Source of the DNA: a virus
Lineage: Duplodnaviria > Heunggongvirae > Uroviricota > Caudoviricetes
Virus record (IMG/VR): IMGVR_UViG_2721755651_000007
Length of the DNA stretch: 64,000 bases
Strand: one strand, 5' to 3'
This document shows positions 1-9,360 of this stretch, piece by piece (the stretch's first letter is position 1; each line of letters starts with the position of its first letter). The notes under the pieces were generated by a model, which saw nothing but the letters and a program-made list of their open reading frames with translations, was not told the origin of the DNA and did not search any database. A program made the translations under genes and the position numbers.

Positions 1-107
1 GCAGACCAGCACCCCATCCGCCAGCACCGACATGATTCTGCTGGTGAAATCCACCATCACCACCAGAAACAGCAGGAGTGCAGCCACAGCCAGGCGCAGT
101 TTTACCG

Positions 108-539
108 TCACAGGTGATTCTCCAGACGAAGACCCAGAACACCGGCAATCTCTTCCAGCACCTTGCGCTCTTCCGGCTCAATTTCGCCGTCTGCCTCCGC
201 AATGGCCACCGCCACATCCAGCACATCTTCCGCTTCACGCGTATCGTGTTTCACATCCTCAATCTCACGTAACGCCGCACGACGACCAGTTTTAAAGTTC
301 GTATCCAGCTGACCGATAATGGTTGCGCTAATCGCATTAATTTCTGACGTAAACGCGGACAGCGCAGGCTGATTACGCAGTACCTGTTCGATCTTCGCTT
401 TCTCGGATGCCTCACATTCACCATCTGCACAGGCCACCAGGTATGCGGCGTTAATCACCACCTGTGCCAGATCGCGTTTTTCAAACTTTTTAATTTCCGT
501 TGCCGCTCTGCGGGTTTTCTTTTTGAAGATTCCAAACAT
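108..539 (-). CDS. TerB-like (tellurite-resistance TerB family) protein; start placed at internal Met with AAAGGAA SD
   Basis: ORF 108..611; acidic helical protein with TerB-like AAYLVACADGE.. region; SD 8 nt upstream of MFGIFKKK. Confidence 0.45.
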   Translation of the reverse strand: MFGIFKKKTRRAATEIKKFEKRDLAQVVINAAYLVACADGECEASEKAKIEQVLRNQPALSAFTSEINAISATIIGQLDTNFKTGRRAALREIEDVKHDTREAEDVLDVAVAIAEADGEIEPEERKVLEEIAGVLGLRLENHL

Positions 540-708
540 CGTGACGTTCCTTTGGGTGGGTGAGCCAACGCCCGGGAGCGATCTGCCCACAGAGAAAGTC
601 ACACTGACCACTCCGTAAGCTCACCCCCGAAAGGCTCTGTGGTTGGTATGCGCCGGGCGTGGCGCAGATACAAAAAAGGCCCGCCGAAGCGAGCCTGGAA
701 AATAAGTG

Positions 709-785
709 TGGCGCGTTGTAGTGGAGTCGAACCACTGACCGATTGCTTAGAAGGCAATTGCTCTGTCCGGCTGAGCTAACAACGC
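709..785 (-). tRNA. argO: tRNA-Arg (anticodon UCU)
   Basis: 77-nt cloverleaf on minus strand: 7-bp acceptor stem, anticodon loop CUUCUAA, T-loop TTCGACT, 3' CCA; near-identical second copy at 48781..48857. Confidence 0.9.
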
Positions 786-885
786 AGAATACCGATAATG
801 GACCGCCATCGGGGACCCGGCCCCGCACCAACAACCCTGTTATGGTGTCGTCTGCTCTTCCTGATAAGCTAATGGCGGTTTGTGA
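786..885 (-). other. degenerate tRNA-like remnant between the Ile and Arg tRNAs (argN-position)
   Basis: tRNA-like acceptor and D-arm (CCGCCAT-TA-GCTT..GAGC ... ATGGCGG-T-CCA) but no canonical anticodon or T arm. Confidence 0.3.
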
Positions 886-961
886 TGGTGGCCCTTGCTG
901 GATTTGAACCAGCGACCTGGCGATTATGAGTCGCTCGCTCTCACCACTGAGCTAAAGGGCC
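886..961 (-). tRNA. ileZ: tRNA-Ile2 (anticodon CAU, ileX-like; Met not excluded)
   Basis: 76-nt cloverleaf, anticodon loop CUCAUAA, T-loop TTCAAAT, 3' CCA; resembles E. coli ileX. Confidence 0.85.
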
Positions 962-989
962 GAGCCAAAAAATAATAATCAGATGAAAA

Positions 990-1703
990 TCAATAATCAA
1001 GCCCTTGCCTGGATACATATCTGTCTGGCGGGAAGCCATAATAGCGGTGAAATACAGAAATAAAGTAGGACCGGCTTGAATAACCACATTTTTCTGCTAC
1101 AGCCTGTCCATATCCATACCGGGAACATAACATATTTACAGCAACACGCATCCGCTCTTCCAGCAACAAGCGACTGAACATGCCCCCTTCATTTTTCAGT
1201 TTTGTCTTTAACAAACTCTCACTCATATGCAACTGTAGAGCAATCGCACCAAGCGTCCAGCTTGCTGATATATCTGTCTGAATTATCGCCCTGACTTTGG
1301 CACTTATGCTGGATAAACATCCACTTAAAAACAATGACATCCGTTCATCTGTTTCAAACAGAGACAGGCAGGCCATCATAAGAAACATATCCGTGACCTC
1401 TCCGGAAAATCCCTGGCTGGTAATTAAAGCCGCAGCCAACGCAGGATTGTTGGGTTCCAGCAACAGGTAAAGCGGAATGTCAGTCAGACGAGTCCTCGTC
1501 AGCTTATGCTGACTTTCCAGATATTGACTTACGACGGATTCGCTTATATCGACAATTTTAACTTTGCCATAATGCATAAGGAAAAGCTCCCTGATGCATT
1601 TGGTGGCCAGAACGACTGAGCCTGGCTTAAGTGACAACGTATCCTTTTCAAGAAAAATATTAATTGGGGAGCAAACCATGATAACTGAACAGACAACAGC
1701 CAT
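990..1703 (-). CDS. AraC-family transcriptional regulator
   Basis: ORF 990..1703; C-terminal AraC-type HTH region (..GYSSRSYFISVFHRYYGFPP..); occupies the Q-to-lysis cargo slot. Confidence 0.7.
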   Translation of the reverse strand: MAVVCSVIMVCSPINIFLEKDTLSLKPGSVVLATKCIRELFLMHYGKVKIVDISESVVSQYLESQHKLTRTRLTDIPLYLLLEPNNPALAAALITSQGFSGEVTDMFLMMACLSLFETDERMSLFLSGCLSSISAKVRAIIQTDISASWTLGAIALQLHMSESLLKTKLKNEGGMFSRLLLEERMRVAVNMLCSRYGYGQAVAEKCGYSSRSYFISVFHRYYGFPPDRYVSRQGLDY

Positions 1704-1838
1704 TATAATTTTACTTTCATTAGCAATTGGTTAGCTCAATTATAGCCCCAAAAGGTAAATTATCATCAACACATAAGCAAAGGACTGACAGGTGCCGCCC
1801 CCCCCACCAGCCGCCCATTTACCACAAATAAAAAGCCT

Positions 1839-2036
1839 TCAGGACTGAATGCGTCTGTAACAACCGCACTGATAGTCTGCCAGACCCGCCATAACCAGCT
1901 GGGTCAGTATTAACTGGCAGCGTTCGCGTGAAAGGTAAGTATTCTGCGCAATCTCCCCGACTGTCGCCGGTTCGGTAACGCTTAATTCATTAAACACCAC
2001 TCTGGCGGTTTCTGTCATATCCTGCTGTTTTAGCAT
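1839..2036 (-). CDS. hypothetical first late-operon protein (65 aa from MLKQQ)
   Basis: ORF 1839..2159; conserved copy at 50263..50583; lies immediately downstream of tR'-like terminator. Confidence 0.4.
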   Translation of the reverse strand: MLKQQDMTETARVVFNELSVTEPATVGEIAQNTYLSRERCQLILTQLVMAGLADYQCGCYRRIQS

Positions 2037-2158
2037 GTCTTTTTCCCTTTTCCGGTTAACGTGACATACCAATAACTCTTGTCGAAAAAGCCAGCAAGTT
2101 GAAAGACCGGTATTAGCAACCACCAGCGCGTTTAACGCCCCGTGCCGTTTTTCAGTCA

Positions 2159-2186
2159 TAAAAAAACCCGCAAAAAGCGGGCTCTT
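2159..2186 (-). terminator. tR'-like intrinsic terminator downstream of Q (prophage A)
   Basis: minus-strand hairpin GCCCGCTTTTTGCGGGC followed by T7 run. Confidence 0.5.
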
Positions 2187-2260
2187 TCAAATGTCCATGT
2201 CTGCTATTCGCCTCGCGGTACAGCTTTGCGAAGCTTACCGGAATTGAAGCAGTTTTTACG

Positions 2261-2827
2261 TCAAAAAGCAATAACTTTTTTCTCTATACCAAAAGCCATA
2301 ACCATTGGTTTGTACAAAATAAATTCTGCCACCTTTAGCCAATGCTCAATGCGTCTTTCACAGGTTCTTAAACTCCATTCCGGATGTGCATCATTCAGCA
2401 ATTCAGCCATTTTGCGCTTAGTCATCCCCCGCCCCACATAACGCTGACTCAGAACATTGAGCAGCCCGGGATAACCTGCCAGTACTTCACCAATAACCCT
2501 ATCGATTATTAACGCCTCTGAATCGGTACAATGTGCCAGCCAGCTTTTTTGATTGCCGTTGATCATATCCCGCAAAAAAGCCTCAAGTTCAGGTTTGTCC
2601 AGACCCGCTTTTTTCATCCTCCGGAGCGCCTCGTTAATTGCCGTTTTTGTCAGCTTTTTAGAGGTCAGTAATTGGTTGAACATATTTCCCGTCTTACCGT
2701 CGCCAATATACGACCAACGCCCCCACATACGCAGTTTCCCCTGGATCCAGACACTTTCCAGCGTTTTCAGGCGTAAATGCTCACCGCTTTTGCCTGTAAT
2801 TTCCGGGTATATCATATTTATGCTCAC
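2261..2827 (-). CDS. Q-like late antiterminator (QuuD-type family)
   Basis: position between rusA and tR'; WGRW motif region resembles QuuD-type Q proteins; paralog at 50702..51244. Confidence 0.6.
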   Translation of the reverse strand: MSINMIYPEITGKSGEHLRLKTLESVWIQGKLRMWGRWSYIGDGKTGNMFNQLLTSKKLTKTAINEALRRMKKAGLDKPELEAFLRDMINGNQKSWLAHCTDSEALIIDRVIGEVLAGYPGLLNVLSQRYVGRGMTKRKMAELLNDAHPEWSLRTCERRIEHWLKVAEFILYKPMVMAFGIEKKVIAF

Positions 2828-2877
2828 TCACTTTCAATTTTGTAAATCTTCACGCCCAGCCGCCCACCAGAAACGAG

Positions 2878-3183
2878 CTAGCCGCGCACAATATTGATTT
2901 CATCAAACTGCTCGTCGTCTATGAGAAGTCCGGCATGCGTCAGCGCATCCAGTGGTGCTTTCAGGATATTGTCCAGGTCACGACGGCGCTTATCCGGTGG
3001 CTCTGCAATAATCTTTATCGCCAGCCTTCCGGACAGGTTTAATTTCAGCCGCTGCTGGCGAACAATAAGTGCCACATCCCGGCGATAACGCTCACCGGCT
3101 TTTGATACAAAATATGTGCTGCCACGACGTCGCCAGTAGGTGTTCACCGTCGGCGGGTAAGGCAAAACAAACTCTATACGCAT
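2878..3183 (-). CDS. rusA: RusA Holliday junction resolvase
   Basis: LPYPPTVNTYWRRRG ... DKRRRDLDNILKAPLDAL matches RusA family. Confidence 0.85.
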   Translation of the reverse strand: MRIEFVLPYPPTVNTYWRRRGSTYFVSKAGERYRRDVALIVRQQRLKLNLSGRLAIKIIAEPPDKRRRDLDNILKAPLDALTHAGLLIDDEQFDEINIVRG

Positions 3184-3195
3184 CAGTAACCTCTT

Positions 3196-4245
3196 TTACC
3201 CGAGCACGCCGGTTGCAAAGGCGTGATCAAGAAAACGAAAAATTAAATCAACCTGGGAACCATGCTTTTCTTCGAACGCCAGCGGATCCGCATGAAGCTC
3301 GTTGTGATGCTCCCGACACAGCGGTAGCGTGAAAATATCGTGGGATTTTGTTCCCATTCCGCCCTGACCATGACCAATCAGATGATGAGGATCGTCCGCT
3401 GGCTTACCACAACACGCACACGGCTGTGTCTTTACCCAGCGTGTGTATTTCTCATTTACCCAGCGGCGACGTTTAGGTCGTTTCATGAAGGATTCCGGAG
3501 ACTCCGGATCAACGGCAATGCTGACCACCGTCTTTTCCTGTGGTGGGTTCTGTTGCTGGTGGGTGTGAGGCGGTAGCGCAATATTTTTTGTGCGCTGCTT
3601 CAGTATGCTGGTGGCGGTCTGTTCTCCCGGTATGATGTCGCTTTCACGGTATACGGAGCGGATTTTTTCCGCCGGTAATCCCAGAGAGCGACGCGATACT
3701 GCCTCAGGTAATGCGTCCACCACCTGATTGCAGACTGCCCACCAGGATAATTCAGCCAGCGATAATTCCCGCTCCTGCGTGCCATTCATTACATGGCGTA
3801 TGACGTCAATCATCCAGGCTGTCAGATTTTGTTGAGTAAGTTGCTCAAGTGATTCGGAGGTCTGGTCGCGCAGCTGGTTGTCGCAGTGCCAGCACAACAC
3901 CATTGCGCCAGCACCGTAACTGTGAATAACGGTTTCGCTGTGATGATAATCGCCGTGTGGCCACTGGCAGGATTTCACGTGACGTAATAACCAGTCAGAC
4001 AGTGCACCAGCGCCGCCAGCTGCACGAATCACCCGCTCATCGCTGAAAAATGGCAGCAGTGATTTATCTTCCGCCAGCGGCTGGCGAACAGCAGGAACCG
4101 CTCCAGATGGCAGCGCCCGCATGTTTTTCGGTTCCGGCTCCACCAGCACCCTGCCGCGATGAAAAACTGGCAATGATTCACGACCGGGCTTAAGGACCAC
4201 CAGCCCGAGTTCCGGAACCAGAACAGGTCGAAGTAATACCCGCAC
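3196..4245 (-). CDS. DUF968-like phage protein with C-terminal HNH/zinc-binding-like motif
   Basis: C-terminal CACCGKPADDPHHLIGHGQGGMGTKSHD..PLCREHHNELH; GTG start with GGAGG SD; paralog 51613..52659. Confidence 0.55.
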   Translation of the reverse strand: MRVLLRPVLVPELGLVVLKPGRESLPVFHRGRVLVEPEPKNMRALPSGAVPAVRQPLAEDKSLLPFFSDERVIRAAGGAGALSDWLLRHVKSCQWPHGDYHHSETVIHSYGAGAMVLCWHCDNQLRDQTSESLEQLTQQNLTAWMIDVIRHVMNGTQERELSLAELSWWAVCNQVVDALPEAVSRRSLGLPAEKIRSVYRESDIIPGEQTATSILKQRTKNIALPPHTHQQQNPPQEKTVVSIAVDPESPESFMKRPKRRRWVNEKYTRWVKTQPCACCGKPADDPHHLIGHGQGGMGTKSHDIFTLPLCREHHNELHADPLAFEEKHGSQVDLIFRFLDHAFATGVLG

Positions 4246-4246
4246 A

Positions 4247-4519
4247 TTACCTCCAGACGCGCTGACGGTAGCAGGCATGTGTCCGTGGCAGATGTGCACG
4301 AACAGGAAGATATACAGAAACGGTCCAGGTCAGACGATCAGCGTTCAGACTCCGCTCCACACGGACACCGCGACGCAGATACGCCTCTTGAAGCATATCT
4401 GCCTCATCGATCGTACAGAACAGATAGTGAAACCAGCCATACTGAGGCGCACGAAAACGCCTCCCCTGCTTAATTTCCGGGTCGGCTTCAGAATTGTGGG
4501 ATTTTATGTGTTGTGTCAT
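4247..4519 (-). CDS. hypothetical nin-region protein
   Basis: ORF 4247..4519, stop overlaps DUF968 SD; divergent positional homolog at 52661..52939. Confidence 0.4.
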   Translation of the reverse strand: MTQHIKSHNSEADPEIKQGRRFRAPQYGWFHYLFCTIDEADMLQEAYLRRGVRVERSLNADRLTWTVSVYLPVRAHLPRTHACYRQRVWR

Positions 4520-4640
4520 CGGATTCTCCGGTGACAGCAGGTGTCAGTTGTTCAGGCTGACTGCGCGAATTGTAAGGCAATACGCCGGAATGTACAAACA
4601 GAAAACCCGTCAGTAAGACGGGCTTAACAAGCAGGGGCGG

Positions 4641-4985
4641 TTACTTTAATAATTTCAGTGCCTTTACATCAACTTCAACACTGCTCAGGTCTTTATCAAT
4701 TTCACCCTCAATTCTTACTTTGTCTTTCGGAGAAACATTCTGCCCGGCCCATACGCTGTCATCAATATCCGTGACAATTGTCCCGCTATTGTCACGAAAC
4801 TCATAACGTTCATCACCCACTTTTTTAACGATGCTCCCTTCAAGGATAACCCATGCATCATCCTTCAGTTCTTTTGCCTGCGCTACTGTTGAACGCTCTG
4901 CTTCTGGCCCCTGGAAACCACCCTGCTGTGCAAAAGCGCCAAAAGACACACCGGAAATAAGTGCTGCAATCAATACCTTTTTCAT
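4641..4985 (-). CDS. YgiW/YdeI-family periplasmic OB-fold (BOF) protein
   Basis: signal peptide MKKVLIAALISGVSFGAFA, length and composition typical of YgiW family. Confidence 0.7.
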   Translation of the reverse strand: MKKVLIAALISGVSFGAFAQQGGFQGPEAERSTVAQAKELKDDAWVILEGSIVKKVGDERYEFRDNSGTIVTDIDDSVWAGQNVSPKDKVRIEGEIDKDLSSVEVDVKALKLLK

Positions 4986-5104
4986 TCATAGTCCTCTTTC
5001 AGAGATGAACATTCAAACAGCATTTTCAGTATGGTAAAGCGCGGGTGCGTTGAGGATGCCTGACACATCAGAGGTGGCGGGAGATTACTCCCCCGCCTGG
5101 TCTC

Positions 5105-5260
5105 TTACTTCTCAGATTCGTAGTCTACGAAGACAGCGACCTCCGTCTGACCGGTTCGGATTCGCACCTCGCAGAGGTCTTTCCTCGTTACCAGTGCCGT
5201 CACTATGACGGTTAAACAGATGACGATCAGGGCGATTAACATCGCCTTTTGCTGCTTCAT
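5105..5260 (-). CDS. hok: Hok/Gef-family type I toxin (51 aa)
   Basis: MKQQKAMLIALIVICLTVIVTALVTRKDLCEVRIRTGQTEVAVF closely resembles HokC/Gef; in-frame upstream extension in ORF 5105..5317 looks mok-like. Confidence 0.8.
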   Translation of the reverse strand: MKQQKAMLIALIVICLTVIVTALVTRKDLCEVRIRTGQTEVAVFVDYESEK

Positions 5261-5550
5261 AGCCTGCTTCTCCTTGCCTTTCGGCACGTAAGAGGCTAAC
5301 CTACATGTGTTCAGCATGGATTGAGCCTCAGATTAATGTTAAGCGTCTTGCAGGACGCGTAATGTTAACTGGGGCTTTTCTCTATCTGCCGTTGGTGTTC
5401 ATGCCCGAGGCAGATAGCCTCAAGCACCCGCAGCAATTCTACTTAACTATCCTTTTCCCGCAAACCGTTTTTATCCCCAGCGGCAAATCGAATACACCAC
5501 CAGCGCCACCGCCATCGCAATTCCTACCGTTGTGAATGCTTCAGGCCAGG

Positions 5551-6108
5551 TCATTGATTCACCTCCTGCGGCGGTTCTGGTAGCGACATCCAGTGGGTTG
5601 CTTGCCTAAGATCATTACCCGGACTAACTGCTATACCTCCGCGCCGGAACGTGCCTCCGAGATAGCGTGCGGAATATATTAATGGCCCAGCCTCGCTATC
5701 GATATTCATCGAAATAAGCACGTTCTGGCTCTTTTCAGGCATTCGCTCAGTACAGCTTATCCAGCCATCCAGAGTTATCGGAGATCTGGTTGACGTTTCC
5801 GAGATTTCCCGAAAATTGTTGGTTGACGAATTCTTATTTTCCCGAAAGTTTCCGGCCTGAAGCATGGCGACGCGGCAGGCGTTCCAGCCATCAGCATATG
5901 TTTTAGTTACACCGTCGAGATGGCAGGTAAGCAAATCCATTTCATCAGGCACTACCATTGCTATCGGCTCTGCTTCCAGTGATGCCAGCGCGATACGAAA
6001 CACATTAGCCAGCAGGCTGTCTGAAGACTTGTTATCGTGCGCCGAGTCGCTCAGGAAGCCTGTGATGTATGATTTAATCTCCGCGCGTTCTCTGGTAATA
6101 GTGCTCAT
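5551..6108 (-). CDS. DUF551-like phage protein
   Basis: C-terminal W..C.ERMPE motif region typical of DUF551. Confidence 0.5.
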   Translation of the reverse strand: MSTITRERAEIKSYITGFLSDSAHDNKSSDSLLANVFRIALASLEAEPIAMVVPDEMDLLTCHLDGVTKTYADGWNACRVAMLQAGNFRENKNSSTNNFREISETSTRSPITLDGWISCTERMPEKSQNVLISMNIDSEAGPLIYSARYLGGTFRRGGIAVSPGNDLRQATHWMSLPEPPQEVNQ

Positions 6109-6109
6109 A

Positions 6110-6328
6110 TCAGTTTTCCTTATACGGATTAATTTTATTGTGCAGTGCGCTGAATGATTCCCATGTCACATCGGTATATAGCTCAATAACTGGTTCAAAT
6201 GTCCTTCCAATTATCCAGACCAGTAATAGCGGGGATATCGGTATCATCAACACTATAAACAGAATGAAAAACAGAAACTCTGTTGTTCTGCTCTTTCGTG
6301 GGTAATTTTTTTCTAAATAATGTTTCAT
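6110..6328 (-). CDS. small membrane protein (hypothetical)
   Basis: ORF 6110..6328; hydrophobic core FLFFILFIVLMIPISPLLLVWIIG. Confidence 0.3.
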   Translation of the reverse strand: MKHYLEKNYPRKSRTTEFLFFILFIVLMIPISPLLLVWIIGRTFEPVIELYTDVTWESFSALHNKINPYKEN

Positions 6329-6455
6329 TTCTTACCGCCCTTTCGGGCGGCCTCCTGATGTTCTGAGGGTGCAGGAATCCCTCCGGTTAAGGATTTAATA
6401 AAAATCGTTTCTGATTTAAATCTTCAGTATTTAGTTGTTAGTTGGTTTATCGCCT

Positions 6456-6767
6456 TTATGCTTCAGCCTTATTTCGCAACCAGACACAAACCGGGCCATC
6501 TTCCGTATCATGAATGGAACCAATAAACCAGCCATCGCCCTCTGGTCGTTCCGGTTCCCATGCAGAAATATCAGCATCACACGCATCAAGGTCAGCACAT
6601 CCTTCATCTCTGAAGCAGAGGACGTATTGAAGATTATTTTCCTCCATCCAGGCGTTAAACTCTTCCGTTGAAATATATTCCCGACCATCACAGAATTTTT
6701 CATATTCAGGATGTGTCCAGTAGCCATATCCGTCACGAACTACCGGCATTTCTTTAATTTCACTCAC
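6456..6767 (-). CDS. hypothetical acidic phage protein
   Basis: ORF 6456..6767; overlapping alternative frame 6431..6736 judged less likely. Confidence 0.4.
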   Translation of the reverse strand: MSEIKEMPVVRDGYGYWTHPEYEKFCDGREYISTEEFNAWMEENNLQYVLCFRDEGCADLDACDADISAWEPERPEGDGWFIGSIHDTEDGPVCVWLRNKAEA

Positions 6768-6987
6768 TGTTAACCTCCTGCAACGCTACACGATACGCCT
6801 TCTTTATCCACGCCTTACTGCCATATAATTTCGTCTTCATAATAAACACACCTGCACGACTCGCCGATATCCCCGGACAGGTTAACAGCACAGCATCCAC
6901 CACACGGTTATGCTTCCGAAACTCCATTACAGTACTGCTGATAACCACCTGCCCCACCGGGCCGTAATCCTGATACAGGATTTTCAC
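6760..6987 (-). CDS. hypothetical phage protein
   Basis: GTG start preceded by AGGAGGG; start overlaps reconstructed stop of the IS-disrupted upstream gene. Confidence 0.4.
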   Translation of the reverse strand: MKILYQDYGPVGQVVISSTVMEFRKHNRVVDAVLLTCPGISASRAGVFIMKTKLYGSKAWIKKAYRVALQEVNSE

Positions 6988-7089
6988 GCAGACACCCTCC
7001 TGTCGAAATAAACGTAGTTATTCACTATGCGCAGCGGCATGCCTAATTGAACCGCCCCGGGTTTCCTGGAGAGTGTTTTATCTGTGAAC

Positions 7090-7980
7090 TCAGGCTGCCA
7101 GATCATCGTTTCCGATGGAAGCATAATAAGCTTTTTCTGCTTCTGCCGGAGGAGTATGGCCCAGCCTTCCCAGCAATCGTCGATTGTTATACCAGTCCAC
7201 CCACGTTAGTGTGGCCAGTTCCACTTCTGCACGGTTTTTCCAGCTCTTACGGTGTATTACCTCCGCTTTGTAAAGACCATTGATGCTCTCAGCCATCGCG
7301 TTGTCATACGAGTCGCCTGTACTCCCTGTTGATGCCAGTAATCCGGCTTCTTTTAGTCGCTCCGTATAGGCCAGTGACACATACTGAGAGCCTTTATCGC
7401 TGTGATGGATGGTGCCAGACGGACGACGGGCCCACAACGCCTGCTCCAGCGCATCCAGCACGAATGTCGTTTCCATAGACGATGAGACCCGCCACCCCAC
7501 GATGTATCCGGCAAACACATCAATGATAAACGCCACATAGACGAAGCCCTGCCATGTGCTGACGTAAGTAAAATCAGCCACCCACAGCTGGTCAGGTCGT
7601 TCTGCCACGAACTGACGGTTTACGCGGTCGCCTGCGGCAACGGCTTTCCGGCTGATGGTCGTACGGACCTTTTTACCCCGGAGAACACCGGCAAGTCCCA
7701 TAACCGCCATGAGACGTGCCACTGTACATCTGGCCACCCTGATTCCTTCCCGTAACAACTGACGCCAGACTTTACGCACACCGTACACCTGATGATTTTC
7801 ATCGTATACGCGCTGTATCTCTCTCTTCAGCCAGTCGTCGTGCTGCGCACGGGCACTGCGTTTATCCGGATGATGTCGCTGTTGCTGACAATGGTAATAC
7901 GTTGACGGGGCAATATGCAGTTCGCTGCATACCGGTCCGACCCCGTACTGCTCACGCAGCTTATCCAGCAGTGGCATCAT
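7090..7980 (-). CDS. IS3-family transposase OrfB (integrase core)
   Basis: 296 aa; DDE region ..[10 protein letters not shown].. [10 protein letters not shown]. Confidence 0.9.
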   Translation of the reverse strand: MMPLLDKLREQYGVGPVCSELHIAPSTYYHCQQQRHHPDKRSARAQHDDWLKREIQRVYDENHQVYGVRKVWRQLLREGIRVARCTVARLMAVMGLAGVLRGKKVRTTISRKAVAAGDRVNRQFVAERPDQLWVADFTYVSTWQGFVYVAFIIDVFAGYIVGWRVSSSMETTFVLDALEQALWARRPSGTIHHSDKGSQYVSLAYTERLKEAGLLASTGSTGDSYDNAMAESINGLYKAEVIHRKSWKNRAEVELATLTWVDWYNNRRLLGRLGHTPPAEAEKAYYASIGNDDLAA

Positions 7981-8303
7981 TTTTTCCAGAGGCGGTCGAA
8001 CTCCGCCTTCGCAAAATAAGCGGAAGCCTGGCGAAGGATATCGTTACTGCGGCGCAGTTCACGATTTTCACGTTCCAGCTCTTTCAGACGCTGACGTTCA
8101 GCGCTGGTGAGCCCACCATCACCGCCCCCGGTATCCCGCTCATGCTGGCGAACCCAGACACGCAGAGTCTCCGGCGTACAGCCAATCTTTGGGGCAATGG
8201 AACAAATTGCCGCCCACTGTGAGTCATATTCATCCTGACTTTCCAGAACCATACGAATCGCCCGCTGACGGACTTCGGGGGAAAAACGAGTATTTTTAGT
8301 CAT
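7977..8303 (-). CDS. IS3-family transposase OrfA
   Basis: 108 aa HTH plus leucine-zipper protein overlapping orfB. Confidence 0.9.
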   Translation of the reverse strand: MTKNTRFSPEVRQRAIRMVLESQDEYDSQWAAICSIAPKIGCTPETLRVWVRQHERDTGGGDGGLTSAERQRLKELERENRELRRSNDILRQASAYFAKAEFDRLWKK

Positions 8304-8357
8304 CCTGTTTACCTCTTTCTCAGGGAGTTTAGTCTCCAGGATTTCCGGGGCGGTTCA

Positions 8358-8551
8358 AATTTTCTGGCAATTTCCCTTCTTTGCATGCCTCTCTGATGCA
8401 GTTGCCGCGCCAGCTCAATATCACGCTGAGAATATTTTGCCGACGGGTGAAAATCACCACGTAACATCATGCTGATGCCCAGCTCCCGTGCCTTCGTTCT
8501 CACTGCCGCTTCAGTTCGTCCGATAAGTGCGCCAACGCTTTTTACCTTCAT
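8358..8551 (-). pseudogene. HTH-like phage gene truncated at 3' end by the IS insertion
   Basis: reading frame runs into IS end; removing the IS restores ..REIARKLGMPLRIVNNYVYFDRRVSA-stop overlapping the next gene. Confidence 0.6.
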
Positions 8552-8610
8552 CGTTCCCGCACACTGCCGGAGTATCATGATTTCCGCCCGGCACCACGTC
8601 TTCCACCCAC

Positions 8611-9327
8611 TCACCGCTGCTGTTCTCTGGTGGCGGTAATATCCCGGAGAATATCCCGGCACTTGTTCAGCTCCCGCAGCGCGGCGCAGACTCGCTCCCA
8701 CTTCTGAACCTGACCTTTTGCCCGGCGCAGCTCGCGGTTAGCCACATGCAGCGATGGTAAAATCAGACCATCCGGATGCTTTCTGGTGAACGACGGCTGT
8801 GACTGCACTGTGACCGCCACACTTTCCGTTTTTATTTCTTCCTGTGTTTCCGCTTCCCCGACTGGTAACGCAACACCTGCTGGCTGAGGAAAGGCTTTAC
8901 CATCCGTTTCCGTTATGGATGCGGCTTTCGGCTCTGCCGGTAAATCAGCGCCCGGTATGCAGTACCGAAATTTACCGCCCTGATTCACGCGAATCAGACG
9001 CCCTTTGCTGATTGCCATGGCCAGTGATGAATTCGCCCGGCGGGAGGTAATCCCGAACATCAGTGCCAGCTCATCCGCCGTTTGTGGGCCATGATGTTCA
9101 ATCGCCTCAGTCAGCATTTGCGCTGTCACTTTCGGTACCGGTGACACTGGTTCACTTTCACCAGTCTGAGTCAGCCACCACATCGACCCCTTGTTATCCG
9201 CTTCACCACGGCGCTTCAGTTTCCACAGTTCGTTGACAGCATCTTCGCGGCTGATTCCAAGGCGCGATGCCACTACCTGTGAAGAGGCTTTTTTCAGTGC
9301 TTTCAGTGCGTCAAATACGGTTTCCAT
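8611..9327 (-). CDS. winged-helix-like phage protein (DUF1627-like)
   Basis: start METVF with GGAGG SD; paralog in prophage B carries an in-frame stop. Confidence 0.45.
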   Translation of the reverse strand: METVFDALKALKKASSQVVASRLGISREDAVNELWKLKRRGEADNKGSMWWLTQTGESEPVSPVPKVTAQMLTEAIEHHGPQTADELALMFGITSRRANSSLAMAISKGRLIRVNQGGKFRYCIPGADLPAEPKAASITETDGKAFPQPAGVALPVGEAETQEEIKTESVAVTVQSQPSFTRKHPDGLILPSLHVANRELRRAKGQVQKWERVCAALRELNKCRDILRDITATREQQR

Positions 9328-9360
9328 TAATATTTCCTCCGACAAAATCGTTTCTCAGAT

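Larger units (their letters stand above)
7047..8357 (-). mobile_element. IS3-family insertion sequence (IS629/IS1203-like), 1311 bp
   Basis: imperfect terminal IRs TGAACCGCCCCGG..., orfA/orfB pair, 3-bp direct repeat AAT at 7044-7046 and 8358-8360. Confidence 0.85.

Noticed and set aside
490-834. ORF overlapping the tRNA-Arg gene, and similar ORF 48501..48851 at the second tRNA locus
   Set aside because: Runs through a well-formed tRNA; low-complexity translation; no ribosome-binding site.
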